Assembly: GCA_016748015.1 (NCBI GenBank)
Contig: JAAOMT010000009.1
Location: forward strand, 2,030,200 to 2,094,199
From: Geosiphon pyriformis uo1
Taxonomy: Eukaryota; Fungi; Glomeromycota
Length of the DNA: 64,000 bases
Direction of reading: 5' to 3'
Part shown: in pieces, positions 12,641 through 24,942 of the stretch
How positions within the stretch are numbered: the first letter of the stretch is position 1
How the letters are laid out: each line of letters begins with the position of its first letter
Notes under the pieces: generated by a model
What the model was told of the DNA's origin: nothing
Database searches by the model: none
What the model saw: the letters and a program-made list of their open reading frames with translations, nothing else
Made by a program: the position numbers and the translations under genes

Positions 12641-14824
12641 TATAAGAATTAATGTATTTGCCTGAAAGTAAGAAATTACATCTATCATTAATCATTAATG
12701 AAATTTATCCTCTTGTTTAACTCTTATTTATTTATTTTATTATAAATTATATTTACATAACTCTTAATGGATTTAGAAAGTAATTTCTCAAAGGCAGAGT
12801 AAGATTTAAGTGGGTTTTTTTTCAAGTTAATTTAAACCTGAATAAAATAAAATATCAATAAATTAACAGTTATGTTATTAAAATTGATAACAAGAATAGA
12901 CCAAGTGATATTTTTTTTGGATCACATAAAGTTTTTTTTTTATAAACAATCAAATATAAAAATTATTATATACAATATTAAAAACATAAAACAAAACAGT
13001 TTATTATTATTATTAAATAACACACATATAGAGTATTTGTATTTACAATAAAATGTCAAACTATTGTTTAAAAATGAAATTAATTTGGAAAATAATTAAA
13101 ATAAAATTATTTATTGCAATTATAAAATTTAATTTGTTCAATCATCTTTCAAACAGTTTAAAAATAAAACTTGACAAATTACCATGGGATAAATGATAGG
13201 AGCATTTTCAAATAAGAATCACAAAAGTCGAGCGACCAAACTACAAATATCAATCACGTCAATTGGATTATTTTTATGTTTTTAAAGGTGTCAAGTATTT
13301 TAGTTCAATTAGTAAATATAATCTTTTGGAATTTTGTCAAACACTGATTTCAAGGTTTGTTGCATTTTCTCTTTCTTTTAATAACTATTTATTCTATAGA
13401 TAGTAATGAATTAGAAAGTTTGAGTTTGACTCCTCGAGTTTTTGAAAAAAGTTGGCGAGGAAATTTTTCAGCATCAGTAGAGAATATATATTAAGATTTG
13501 TTGGGGCATATGTATAAGATGTTGGGTTTATTAAAATCTATATTAAGTTTTTTGTACTATTCAAAATTACAATAAATAAGTTTACTATTTTAATTTCTTA
13601 TATTAAAGCTATTGCTTTTTTAATTTTTTAATTTGTAATAATTTTAAATATTACAATTAAAACAAAAATAACTTTTTTGAAATTTTATTTATACAAATTG
13701 TTTCAATTAATTAAGTCTGTGATTTATTTCATTAACTTTTTAATAAACCAGATTTTACAATAAACAAAAATATCTTTGGTTAATCAATAATCTTGTAAAA
13801 ACTTCCAAAAATTTAAAGATTAAAAACAGTAAAAAAAATTTAAATTATAATTAAATGATTTTATTAAAAATGTTAATTATTTAAATTGTAATTAAATAAT
13901 TTTATTAAAAATTTTAATTATTTAAATTATTGTATTGGTAAGATAAAAGCACAAAATTTGTTTTTTTATTCAATTTAAAATAGTTTCAATTAGTTTAAAT
14001 GGTTAATTATATGCTGTTAATATAATTTACATATAATATATGATAATTACTGTTGTATAATAATAATATTTAATAGTTAAATTACACTTATAAACAGAAA
14101 ATAACTTTTTGAGTTGTTTGATGCTGAATGTAAAAAAAAAAATTAAAATTAATTAATAGTTTAAAATTTATTTTGTCACATTATAAACTAATAACATTAA
14201 AAATTAATTAGTTATTAATTCAATTAACTTTAAAAATAAACTAATAATAAATTTATAATAAATTACAATTATTAAATTTTAATTTTAAACTAAACATAAT
14301 ATTTTTTATAATTGGATATTATTCAAAAGATAATAAATTTGCAAATTCAAACAATAAATTTTAAAAACTTGTAACATATAATTATCACAAAAAAAATTCT
14401 AAACAAAAATTTGATGCTTTTTATTAACAGTATTTAAACAGAAATTAATTATTTCTATTGACAAAATTATTTATTTTTATTAATTAAAATAATTAAGTCT
14501 AAATTTTTATGTTTTATTCAAATCTTAATTAATAAATTTTATATTATTTTTAATGTTTTTAAATCACTTTTTTTTTATTAGATTAAATTATTTTTAAAAT
14601 GCTCAAAATTTTCTTATATATTAGTTTTAAAATGTTATTTTTTAAACAAAAACAAATATTATAATACATGATTAATAAATTTAGAAATATACATTAATTT
14701 TTAAATTTTAAAACTTTTATCTTTCTTTTTTAACGCTATAAATTAAAGAAATATTTATTACATTTATCGTAAAAAAAAAATTTAATATAAAAAATAATTA
14801 TATACTGATTTTATTATATACATA

Positions 14825-16010
14825 CAGGGGGGTATAAAAAGTATTGGACACTTAATATAATATATAAAAAAGGCAATATATAGTAATACCATTACCAATT
14901 TAAGCCATAATTTTTTTTATAATTACTTATAGTTATAATCTACAAATCAATATAAATCGTGTCCTTGTAAAACACAACAGTGGATCATACGCGTATATAT
15001 AAAATATCAAACATTCTTGTCGTGAAAAAATTTACCGCATCAAATGTGTCTTGGAAAAGAACTTTCTGAATACCAAAAAGGAGGGATTATTTCAGCAATA
15101 AAGTTAGGACATACAAACAGTGAGATTTCCACGACTATTGGATGTTCACGTTCTTCTGTAATACGTGTANNNNNNNNNNNNNNNNNNNNNNNNNNNNNNN
15201 NNNNNNNNNNNNNNNNNNNNNNNNNNNNNNNNNNNNNNNNNNNNNNNNNNNNNNNNNNNNNNNAGAAAAACATTTACAATGGGCTTGTACTTATGAAAAT
15301 TGGACAGTAGAAAATTTTAAACAAGTTGTTTGGTCAGATGAATCTACATATACACAATTTAGGACTACAGGATTTGGACGTGTATGGCGTAAACCTTCCA
15401 AAGAGTTTCATAAGAATTGTATTGCAGCCACAGTTAGAAAAAGCTTTGGTCGCATGTTTGGGGGATGTTTTTCATGGGTTGGTTTGGGTCCTTTAGTTCC
15501 TTTGATTGGTCATATTACTGGAGTTATACACCGCAAAACCTTGGCTAATTATGCAATTCCTACGGTAAAACTTCATGCAAAAAAAACTAAAAAAAAGTTT
15601 TTTTTTCAGGAAGACAATGCACCAATCCATACATCAAAAGTCGCGCGTTCTTTTCTTACCTCTTTAAATGTTGAATTACTTCCTTGGCCAACACAAAGTC
15701 CTGATATTACTCCAATAGAAAATCTTTGGTCATATATTGAAGTTAAAATTTGTCAACGTAATTCACAACCCTCAAATATTGTACAATTGGAACGGTAGGT
15801 TAAGGAAGAATGGGATGCGATACTTGTAAATTACTATTGTAATTTAATCAAGTCTATGCCACGTCGAGTTCAAGCTATTCTTGAAGCAAATGGGGGTCAA
15901 ACAAAATACTAACATGTATTTTAATATAATAATAAAAAATTAACGATTCATAAGTTAGTTCTTTTATATAACATATTATAAAAGTGTCCAATACTTTTTA
16001 TACCCCCCTG
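14825..16010 (+). mobile_element. Tc1/mariner (DD34E) transposon with TIRs; transposase 15044..15912 carries a premature stop
   Basis: Perfect 29-bp TIR CAGGGGGGTATAAAAAGTATTGGACACTT at both ends, flanked by TA duplications (14823-24, 16011-12). HTH N-terminus, WSDES, QEDNAPIH...WPTQSPDITPIENLW with 34 residues between D and E; TAG at 15796 is followed by VKEEW...SMPRRVQAILEANGGQTKY*. Confidence 0.95.
15170..15263. other. Assembly gap (N run) inside the Tc1 element
   Basis: Run of N characters. Confidence 1.
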
Positions 16011-17180
16011 TATGTAATTTTGTATTTGATATATTTGTGTATTTTATTTTTCTATAAAATTTAAACTTTTATACTTTGTATTATCTCATATTTTTTATTA
16101 TGCTTTAACAAAATGTCGTCTTTTTACTATTTATACTAATAGCAAAATCTATTCTAATATGAATTTAATAAGTTTTTTAATTAATTTTCTATTCAATATT
16201 ATAAATTATATTAATTAAATTTAAATATTACTATTTTGGCATTTTAACTATTTGGTTAACCATTTTATTTTCAAAACAATTTAAATAAGTCTTAATTTTG
16301 ATTTGATTGAAATTTGATTTTTTTTTTGTTAATAAAGTCTATAACGGTATTTTTTACTTATTTGTTAACAAATGTGTCTATAGTTTGCTTTGTTGTCTGT
16401 TTGATTATCTTATTAATTAATATGTTCAAAAATTTGGGTATCAAAATATTAAATCTCCTATCCCAAATTTGGTTTGCTATTATACTATTTAAAAGTTATG
16501 GGTTACTTCTTTAATTTGACAAAGTTTAATTATTGTGTTTCCATTTTTGAGTCTATGAGGAATTTATAATATGTTTCTTTTAATATTTGAGATATTATGC
16601 ATATTTAAGTCAAAAAATTGATTCTCCGCCAAATAAGTAAAATTTTTTCGTTAATCCTATCTTCGGATTAACAAGAATGACCATGTAAAAATATGAATTA
16701 TCAATCCTGGGTTTTATCAAAGTCTTGGTCTATCTTTCCTGTTTCAAAGTAAATTTCAAACCCAAATTTTAATTTAATCTTCTAATGCTTTAAAGTTTAA
16801 AAAACGCATAAAGCAATTTTTTTACCCACAAAAAGTTGGTTTAAGTTTAAGAATGCATTCTTTAATAAGTAAAAACTCAATAAATCATACCATCTTTATT
16901 TTTGAAATAACACACACTAAAAAATTTTATTAGTTGATAAAAAATCATTCGAATGAATATTATTTTACTAAATTAACTTCTCAAACTAAATTAACTTTTT
17001 TCTTTGATTACAATGTTTGGATATAATATTATATTTCATATTTACAATATTTTTAATCGGTTTAAGATTCAACCATTTTCATTTTTATCAACTCCTTTTT
17101 CCTCTAAAAATAAAGATTTTGAATAATTGGGTTCTTGAAACTCGAAAATATCAAATTTAATCAACCTAGGGGGGAAATAA

Positions 17181-19447
17181 TTAGTTAAGATTATTCGAAT
17201 GAAATTTGCAATCAACTGTGTGCTGATCATTTCCAAGCCGACGGATGGTATTATAATCAGCTAAACATCTAAGATGAAAAGATACTTATTATGAAGCGCG
17301 AAAAAGAAAGACAAGAGTCGATGTAAGAAAAAACTTACTGCCAACAAAATTCATATCCACATCCCGGCGCACGGCATGTCATATGTTCACAGCCGCCATC
17401 CTTTTCGATCTTACTTTTACATTTGGGACACGTTTTTGTATTCAATTGAATCAATTCATTACTAGCTTGTTCACCTCGCCTTTCTTCCTCGGCACGTTCA
17501 CGTTCTTGACGAGCACGTTCTTGTGCTTCAGCTTCTTCTTTTTCGTGCCGTAAAATTTCTTGTCTTGCTGCTTCACGTTCACGGGCTTCAGTAGCTTGCC
17601 TTTCTTTTTCTTCAGCTTCCTCACGTTGTAAGAATCTCTGGTTGGCAAGTTCATTAGCTTCCTGTTCAGCTAAGTATGCCTCTCGAATTTTTTTACACTC
17701 TGTGCACCCAAGGTTTTGGCTTATTGGCAGATCATGCTGAGCGCAAGATTTTTGGCCGCATGCTTTGCATACCATGATTGGCGCGTCATCTATAATTGTG
17801 AATAAGTAAATTTGACAAAATGACAAAAAATTGAACGTCTCCTTTTACCTCCTTCAAAATGTATCTGTCCAGCTTTACAATTCGGATTCTTGCACCACCG
17901 AAAATCTTCCATCTGAGAAAGTACTGAATTTACAGATAGTTGATGGAACCTGCCATGCACAATCAATTTGGTATTTTTAAGTTAAAAATAATAAACTTTT
18001 AAAAAGAATTAGCACCACTTCTTAATGCACATAATTTACCTGTCCAATGTCCCACTATCAACAAATCGTCGCACGTCAAAATCTTGCATGATAATTTTAC
18101 AGTTCTCACCAGGACAAACGATCCGAAAATTGCCTTTATCTGAAAGTTCGTGCTGAATATGGGTCCTCACGCACTCGCGACACACATTATCCTCATGGGT
18201 ACATTCAATGGTGACTGGTAAGAATTGATTGGTTGGGAATTCATCAGTACAAATGATGCATTCATGGAGTTTCGAGAGGACGATAGATTCGTAGTTAGCA
18301 GGCTTTACAACAGGGTTTGCTTTGATTGGTTGAACTTTTACTATAGGCTCATTCGATTGTTGAAATTGTATTTCTATTGGGATTTCTTGACCTTTCCCCT
18401 TATTCGATTTTGGAATTTTGCTATCATCATCACTTGTGGATTCATATTGGCTTTCTTCCTCCTCTCTTAGTCTTTCTACAAGATCTTTATCACAACCAAG
18501 ACAAGGTAAGCTACTCTCAATAATCTGATTATGCAAGATGCATGAGATTTGACCGCATTTTTCGCATGTTAGGAAAGGTGATTCTAAATCTACTATAAAA
18601 TTGAAACTTTCATTATATATATGAAGAACCAAGAAACAAGCCAAATTGAACACAAGTAACCTACTACTGGGATCATAAAACTGTTCAGTGTGACAATTAA
18701 CATTTGGGCACATCAACAATAGAAGTTCGGAATTTCCAAAAAGTTTTCTGAAGTGGTAATCGTCCTCTTCGTCATTTTCCGAGGTTTCATCGTCTTCGTA
18801 TAAATATGAAATTCTTTTTGAAGATGAACCTGATAATCTTTCTTGAAAACTACTTGAAGCCATTGGCATTACATTAAAATGAGGAATTTTGATTGGGAAC
18901 ATTGTAATTTGATTAGGCATCTGATTTTCCTCCATTGACTTGGTTGAATTTGAAAAGCATTTATCGCAAGGATAACCGCTCTCAATTTTTTGATCATGAA
19001 TTATGCACGATTTTTGGCCACATGAAACACATGTCATGAGTGGGGATGCTTCTTCAAATCGAAAAGGAGACCAAATATTTTTTCAATTTAGTACTTGATC
19101 TTGTTTGGTGTAAAAGCAATCAAATTTTTTTTAAAGTGTTACCTCCATCTTCGTGAATTTGGCCAGATTTGCATGCTAAATTTGGGCACCATTTGAATCC
19201 TGGTATCTGCGAAAAAACGTCTTGTTCCTCATCAGTAATATCTTCATCGTTTGTAGATTTCTCCTTCGCCTGATCTTGAGAAATTAACAAACGTTGAAAG
19301 CTAAAAATCAAATCAAGGAATATTTTCAAATTTAAAATCAGGACCTGATTTATGATATATATCAATTAAATTTTAGAAAATTGCTTTGAACCTCTCGAAA
19401 AAAGAATCATATGAAGTTTTTTTAATTTCCAGTGGAGAGCGATTCAT
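17181..19447 (-). CDS. RBR E3 ubiquitin ligase copy A: IBR-IBR-RING1-IBR-charged helix-RING2 (first RING absent)
   Basis: Spliced model: [19 protein letters not shown]|[22 protein letters not shown]|[19 protein letters not shown]...CPNVNC..|..CEKC..CILH..CLGC...[23 protein letters not shown]|[13 protein letters not shown]..|..CKAC..CAQH..CTEC, E/R-rich helix, [31 protein letters not shown]|CLADY..H..C. The RING2 catalytic GGC-x-H motif is intact. Exon 1 is inferred (donor AG|GTTCAA is weak). Confidence 0.85.
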
Positions 19448-20409
19448 ATTAGAACGTTTTTTAAGAAATATGTGAGTTTAAAAGTGGGTTTGGCAGGAAT
19501 AAAATTTCTTCCGAAGGATTACAAGCCTCTATGATGTTTGATACGATTTTCGAGGAAGACTAAAATTTCCCAGTTTGTTTATTTTAGCAAAATGAGAATA
19601 TTATTCAAAAAAAAAACTTTAAGAATATTTTTGCAAAAGATTTTATACCACAAGTCTTCAAAGAAACTGTTGTAGACAAACCTGTGTAAATGCTAATTTA
19701 CACCCACACATAATAATGATCTGCGTTGCAACAAAGAACAAATATAATACTATTTAACAATGTGCATAGAAGTGCATCGCTCTAAACGAAACTGGTTTTG
19801 GATGGTTTTAAAACAAGATTTTGACCTGTGCCTCACTTTCTATGTCATTCCATGTGATTTTGCTGATATGTAAATCTATCTAGACATATATGAAATAAAA
19901 ACATATGATTATTTTCTTGAATATTTTACTATGTGGCAAAAATGTTGTTTTGATATAAATCTTGAATTAAATTAATGTAATCTTATATTTAACTTTTTAT
20001 TTTTATTTGAATATTATTAATAATTAATAATATTGATATAAAATATGTTATTAATTTAATATTTTTTAATATTTAAATTTTTAATGTGAATTGTATTTAC
20101 AATAATAATAAGTGTGTTATATATTACAATTGTTAAAATATAAAATTATCTTAAAATAATTGTTTTTACTAAATTTACATTTAATAGATTTTTTTAAGAT
20201 TAAAAACAATACTTTAATAGTTTGTAATTAATAAGTTGTATATGATCTGCAATCAAACTACTATTTATAAAAATTTGATATTATTTCTTAAAAATATTTA
20301 GCTAAATAAAAATTTAATTAATAATTCAATATTGTTTAATTATGAACTTTATTAATTTTATTAATAAAAAAAATTTTTGTTAAAATTATTAATTGAAACA
20401 ATTCAAAAA

Positions 20410-20815
20410 TATTTCGTTCTGAATGATAACACGAATCAGCCTTATTGATTAGGCATTGTTAAAGGGAAAAATGCATCCAATAAAGCATTTTTTTAAGTTG
20501 TTCGTGTAATCTTTCTTGTTTTGCGATTCACCATGTCCAAAAATAGCATTGGATTCACGGATAAAAAATCCAAATGAATTAATAATGCAGACGTATAACT
20601 TTTGTCGTATCCAAAAAATCGCCTAATAGAGTTGTCAAGTTATATTATTCTTATGTTTTAAGGAGAATGCTAATAACTTGTTATTTTTGCAGATGGAATT
20701 ATCCAAGTACTTGTAAATGCGAACTACACGTTCAATAAAATGGTTGTCAATCTTGCCAAAAACTTTTGTGTGTAAAAGGTTTACGAACGCTAGAATCAAT
20801 AGAGACTGCATGAAT
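20410..20815 (-). pseudogene. Fanzor/TnpB-like (IS607-associated) RuvC nuclease remnant
   Basis: Minus strand, in order: AVSIDSSVRKPFT (RuvC-I, family consensus xxxDPGVRxxxT), GKIDNHFIERVVRIYKYLDNSI, DMVNRKTRKITRTT-KKMLYWMHFSL*QCLINKA and RVIIQNE. This matches Fanzor2/TnpB as recalled from family knowledge. Frameshifts and stops throughout; N-terminal region missing. Confidence 0.75.
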
Positions 20816-20874
20816 AGAGCCATTCGCTTGGGTTTCGTCAAACTGTTTTTGTCCAGACAAACTTCTAATCATTA

Positions 20875-21160
20875 ACTTTCTTTCCCTGCATGCGACAGAT
20901 AAAAGCTCTGTTAATGGTAAGATGTCTTGTAAAAGTTCATGCTTGTCAAAGAGAACCATGAGTTTTGGAGGAAAAGACCATTTCGCCGCTTGTTAGTTCA
21001 AATAGGGTCTTAAGTTCTGATCGTTTGAAATTGATACTTTAACCGAGATCGCTGAGTTCATAGGTTGAAAATCGAAAAAGAGATTACTTTTGTCGCTTGA
21101 GATCCTCTTTTTGCTTTGCACTAGAGACACGGGCGTAAAAGTAATTTTTATTGGTAATAG
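20875..21160 (-). pseudogene. tnpA: IS607-family serine recombinase (TnpA) remnant
   Basis: FYARVSSAKQKEDLKRQ (21140-21090, catalytic Ser motif), then ELSDLG*SINFKRSELKTLF (cf. SDIGSGLNFKRxGLxxLL), then ELLQDIL and, after a frameshift, FICRMQGK (cf. ELxEDLxxIxxxFxxRxxGxR). No N-terminal HTH seen. Confidence 0.85.
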
Positions 21161-22050
21161 AGGTGGTAGAGGCTGCGGTGACAATGATATCAGCGTTCCG
21201 AGAAGTTAACTCAGGGAAGAGAGAGATAAAAAGAGAAAAAGGTGGGGTATTGATTTTCGTAATTTTGAAAGAGAATATATATAACATACAAAGATATAGT
21301 TTAAAGTCAGAAAAATCATAAATTTACTTGTAAAAATTACTTCAATATTTATTATTACTATCGAATGTCTATTTTTTCAGTTTTTGAAATTTTGCTAATT
21401 CCAAAGTTTAAATATAAAATGCACATAATCAAAAATCTTAAGTCAGTCTTTTCGAGATTTTTCAAGATGAAAATTTTATTGCTGGAATTAAAAATTTTGG
21501 AATAATGTTATTTTTGGGTATATATACACAATTAAGTAAAATTTTAATAAAAAAAAATTAATATTTATTCTGACCAATAATCATGGTTTTTGCTATATAT
21601 CAATCTTTTGTTTAATTTAAGCAACACTTAAACTGAAATCTTTTAGATGTAATTAAATTAAACTTAAAATGTAAATTAAAGAGAATTTTAAATTTGTTTG
21701 TTTTGTTATGAATTTACTACAATTTTATATTTAAAAATTTTTATTTGTTCAAAAAAACATTTCAATATATAATAAATTTTTTTTATCCCAAAAAGCTAAA
21801 AAGTTAAATTGTAAAAAATCCTTACCAAATTCTAAATTGTGTAAACATATGCTATTAATTAAAAATGAATATCTCTAAATAAACTTGGGAAGATTACATT
21901 TAGTTACCGATTGTAGTACAAAATATTACCTCAAAACGGTAAACTGATCTGTGCCACTTTTGAGTCAATATAAATCCATGTTATGTCTTTGATCAAGTTT
22001 TTACGCATATATCAAAGAAAAATAAGAAAATCTTTAATTTGCATAACATC

Positions 22051-22698
22051 ATGAACACTAAAGTGGTTGCCCAGCAAAAAAGCTTCCTTATTTCTTCCTT
22101 TTACACCTTTTTCATCTCACAAACAAAGCTTAATTGGGATAACATAGTTCTCCCTTCTCTCATAGAATGGTTAAAAACTCATTCAATGACATTCAAAGAA
22201 ATATTTGATTCATTGCAACCAATTTCATGTTCAGCCGAAGAAGCATGTATTTTGGGTTTTTTTTATCAGTTTGGACTTGGTACGACACGAAGCTATGAAG
22301 CTTCTTTTAATTGGTACCAAGTGGCAGTCGAAAAAGGCGAACCTTTTGCTTTAATTCAACTCGGTGAATGTTATGAGAGGTCTCGAGGTTGTCAAGAAGA
22401 TAAATCGAAAACTGTCAAGTATTATCAAAAATCTGCAGAACTTGGTCATCCACAAGCTTTTTATAAGTTAGTTGAATATCAAAAAAAGCGGCAACATCAA
22501 CTTATCTGGTTACAAAAGTCGACTGTAAATGGATTTAAGCCTGCAATTGCCACAATGGCCGCGTTATTACTTTGTGGAAATGGAGTTCTTAAGGATAAAC
22601 ATGAAGCGATCAAAATAGTGTTTAAGTATGCTCCTGGAGAAGACAAAGTTGATTTTCGAAGAAAGGTTTTGGAATATTGTTTTAATTCATTTCCATAG
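22051..22698 (+). CDS. Sel1-like repeat (SLR/HCP-like) protein, intronless
   Basis: LGFFYQFGLGTTRSYEASFNWYQVAVEKG; ALIQLGECYERSRGCQEDKSKTVKYYQKSAELGHPQA; CGNGVLKDKHEA. Confidence 0.88.
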   Translation: MNTKVVAQQKSFLISSFYTFFISQTKLNWDNIVLPSLIEWLKTHSMTFKEIFDSLQPISCSAEEACILGFFYQFGLGTTRSYEASFNWYQVAVEKGEPFALIQLGECYERSRGCQEDKSKTVKYYQKSAELGHPQAFYKLVEYQKKRQHQLIWLQKSTVNGFKPAIATMAALLLCGNGVLKDKHEAIKIVFKYAPGEDKVDFRRKVLEYCFNSFP

Positions 22699-23268
22699 TT
22701 TCAGGAAGGGAAAATTAGGCCAAGAAAATATCGTTGATTTGGGAAATAACTATTAAATGCTTGAAACAATTCTTGATCATGAAACCGAAAATTTCAGGAT
22801 GTATTGGTATGAAAGGGATGAAGTTGCCAGGATATTTTTATTATTAATACCCAGACTTCACACTCACTATCATATATAAATTATTGAATCTTATATATTA
22901 AGCAAAAATTTTGAAAAGAATATATTCGGCAAGTTAATTCAGAATCTAAAATTCGGACTGACTAACAACTAGTTATCTTAGAGATTAGAAAAAAATTGGG
23001 TAGAAGATTTCAATCATCTATAACAAGTTGCCCAGTTTGGGTATTACCAATTATACTTCTGTCATTTATTTGAAGTATAAAATTATCTACAAGTATTCAA
23101 GAGGAAATTTTCTTAAAAAAAGAATTTATGTTAAATGATCAATTATTTTTTGGTTGAGAATATCTATTAAAAGGAATTGAATGAGAAAAAATTAATGTAA
23201 CTGAAAAGAGACCCAAAGGAATTATTCTAGTTGAAATATGAATTCAGCGAGTTACAGGGGAACCACGT

Positions 23269-24942
23269 TTACGCGTAACTGAGATAGCAATCATAAATTT
23301 CAGATTCGGTATCATTATCTCGCTCAACTGACTTAAATTGAAATTTGCCAGTTGTAGGCCAATCTCGTGGTCTTAATGCTGGAAAGTTGAAAAAGAAAAA
23401 ATTATAAGTAATTAAAGATCGCAGATATTTCTCAATAACAAAACATGAATCATATAATAATCTTCAATATACATACGTAAAGAAATTTTTGCATCACCAA
23501 CATTGACGCTTGGAATAAGTCGGCTTGTATAAATCGCTAATGGATCTGGTCGAGGCAAAGATCCCGAGATAACAACTTCTAACGCGTGTCTTTTTTTCTC
23601 GGCAAGAAAAAATTGCTTTTGAATTTTTCCGTTACTATTACACCAATTATGTAAGGTCTTTGCAAGCTTTTTAGTGCTTGGTCGTTTCTTTGGGTCAGGG
23701 TGCCAACAGCGTTGCATTAGCTTCACGATACATTTCGGGGTAGTCGTTGTCACAATTTCTGGTCGTAAACCTTGACATATTTGTAATGCTAGATGAGGAT
23801 CATGTGGCTCATTCATAAATGGTGGCTCACCAGTAGTAATTTCCCACATTAATATTCCGAAACTATAAACATCAGCAGCTTTGGTATAATATGTGTTGTG
23901 ACTTAAAACCTCTGGAGCAATATAAGGCATCACCCCATAAACTTCCTTAGGATCTTTACGTCGACGATAGTGATTATAACGATTTTGGGAAGTTCTAGAT
24001 GTTGTTACTAATTGTTGCATTCCATTTAAAGCTACCGGATATTCTGGAGCACAAAGAACCGGATCGGATACAAATGCATGACCACCATCGTATAAAACGT
24101 TTCCACGATGTAAATTTTTGTGCAAGAGTCCAACTTGATGCATTACCGAAAGAGTACGGGCAATCTCGTAGAGGATTTTTCGAATTTTAAACCAGCTTAA
24201 ATCTCCAAAACTTTGAGCCGTATAATCACCAATATTTCCTTTACTCGCGTACTCTGTCACTAAATAATAAGTTTGTGAATATGGTCGACGAGTAATCCCA
24301 AACCAACGTAGCATATATGTATCTTTTGTGATGCTACATTGATACGCTGCTCGAAGCTATTGTCAGAATAAGGGTAAAACATGAAATTATTTTTCAGATT
24401 AAGAATTTGGATCATATCATTCAACTCAAATATTAATGATTGAAAGGGTCGGTTCAGCTCACCCTACGTAGAAATGATACTGAGATTCTGGTTCGATTTC
24501 TTAACGGCTTCAACGCAACAATCCAACCACCCCCTCGCCTCCATTGATTTGAAACCTCATCAAAGGCTACAATCGGCCCATCCTTCCATAACGCTTGTTC
24601 TACCGTACCATAGCCTCCAACACCAATCTCTCGAATATTGGTTAGCCGATCAAATGGTATCCACTCCAAAATGTGTTCATATTTCTGTGCATTTAATTGT
24701 CTATACCTGATAAATTCATCAAATCCGCCATGACTAGAATGCAATTCTGGAAAGTCAGCCTCAAAACGAAGTGGATTACAACCCCAACACACTTGAATGC
24801 CATGCTTAGGCCGTTTCCGATTACATCTTTGACATCGAAGTGTCGTGAAAATTGATGGTTTTTTCTTTTTTACGAAAGCCGTTTTGCTATTCCGCTTTGC
24901 AGCTGTTGTGAGTTTGGTTATATATGGAATTGGTTTTGGCAT
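23269..24942 (-). CDS. TKL-family pseudokinase, 3 exons
   Basis: N-terminal CxxC...CxxC, EWIPF, GVGGYGTV, VALK; intron 24462-24357; catalytic loop HKNLHRGN (Asp replaced by Asn); DFG replaced by DPV; GVMPYIAPE, ADVYSFG, CWHPDPKKRP, YTSR; last exon ends ...CYLSYA* at 23269. Confidence 0.88.
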
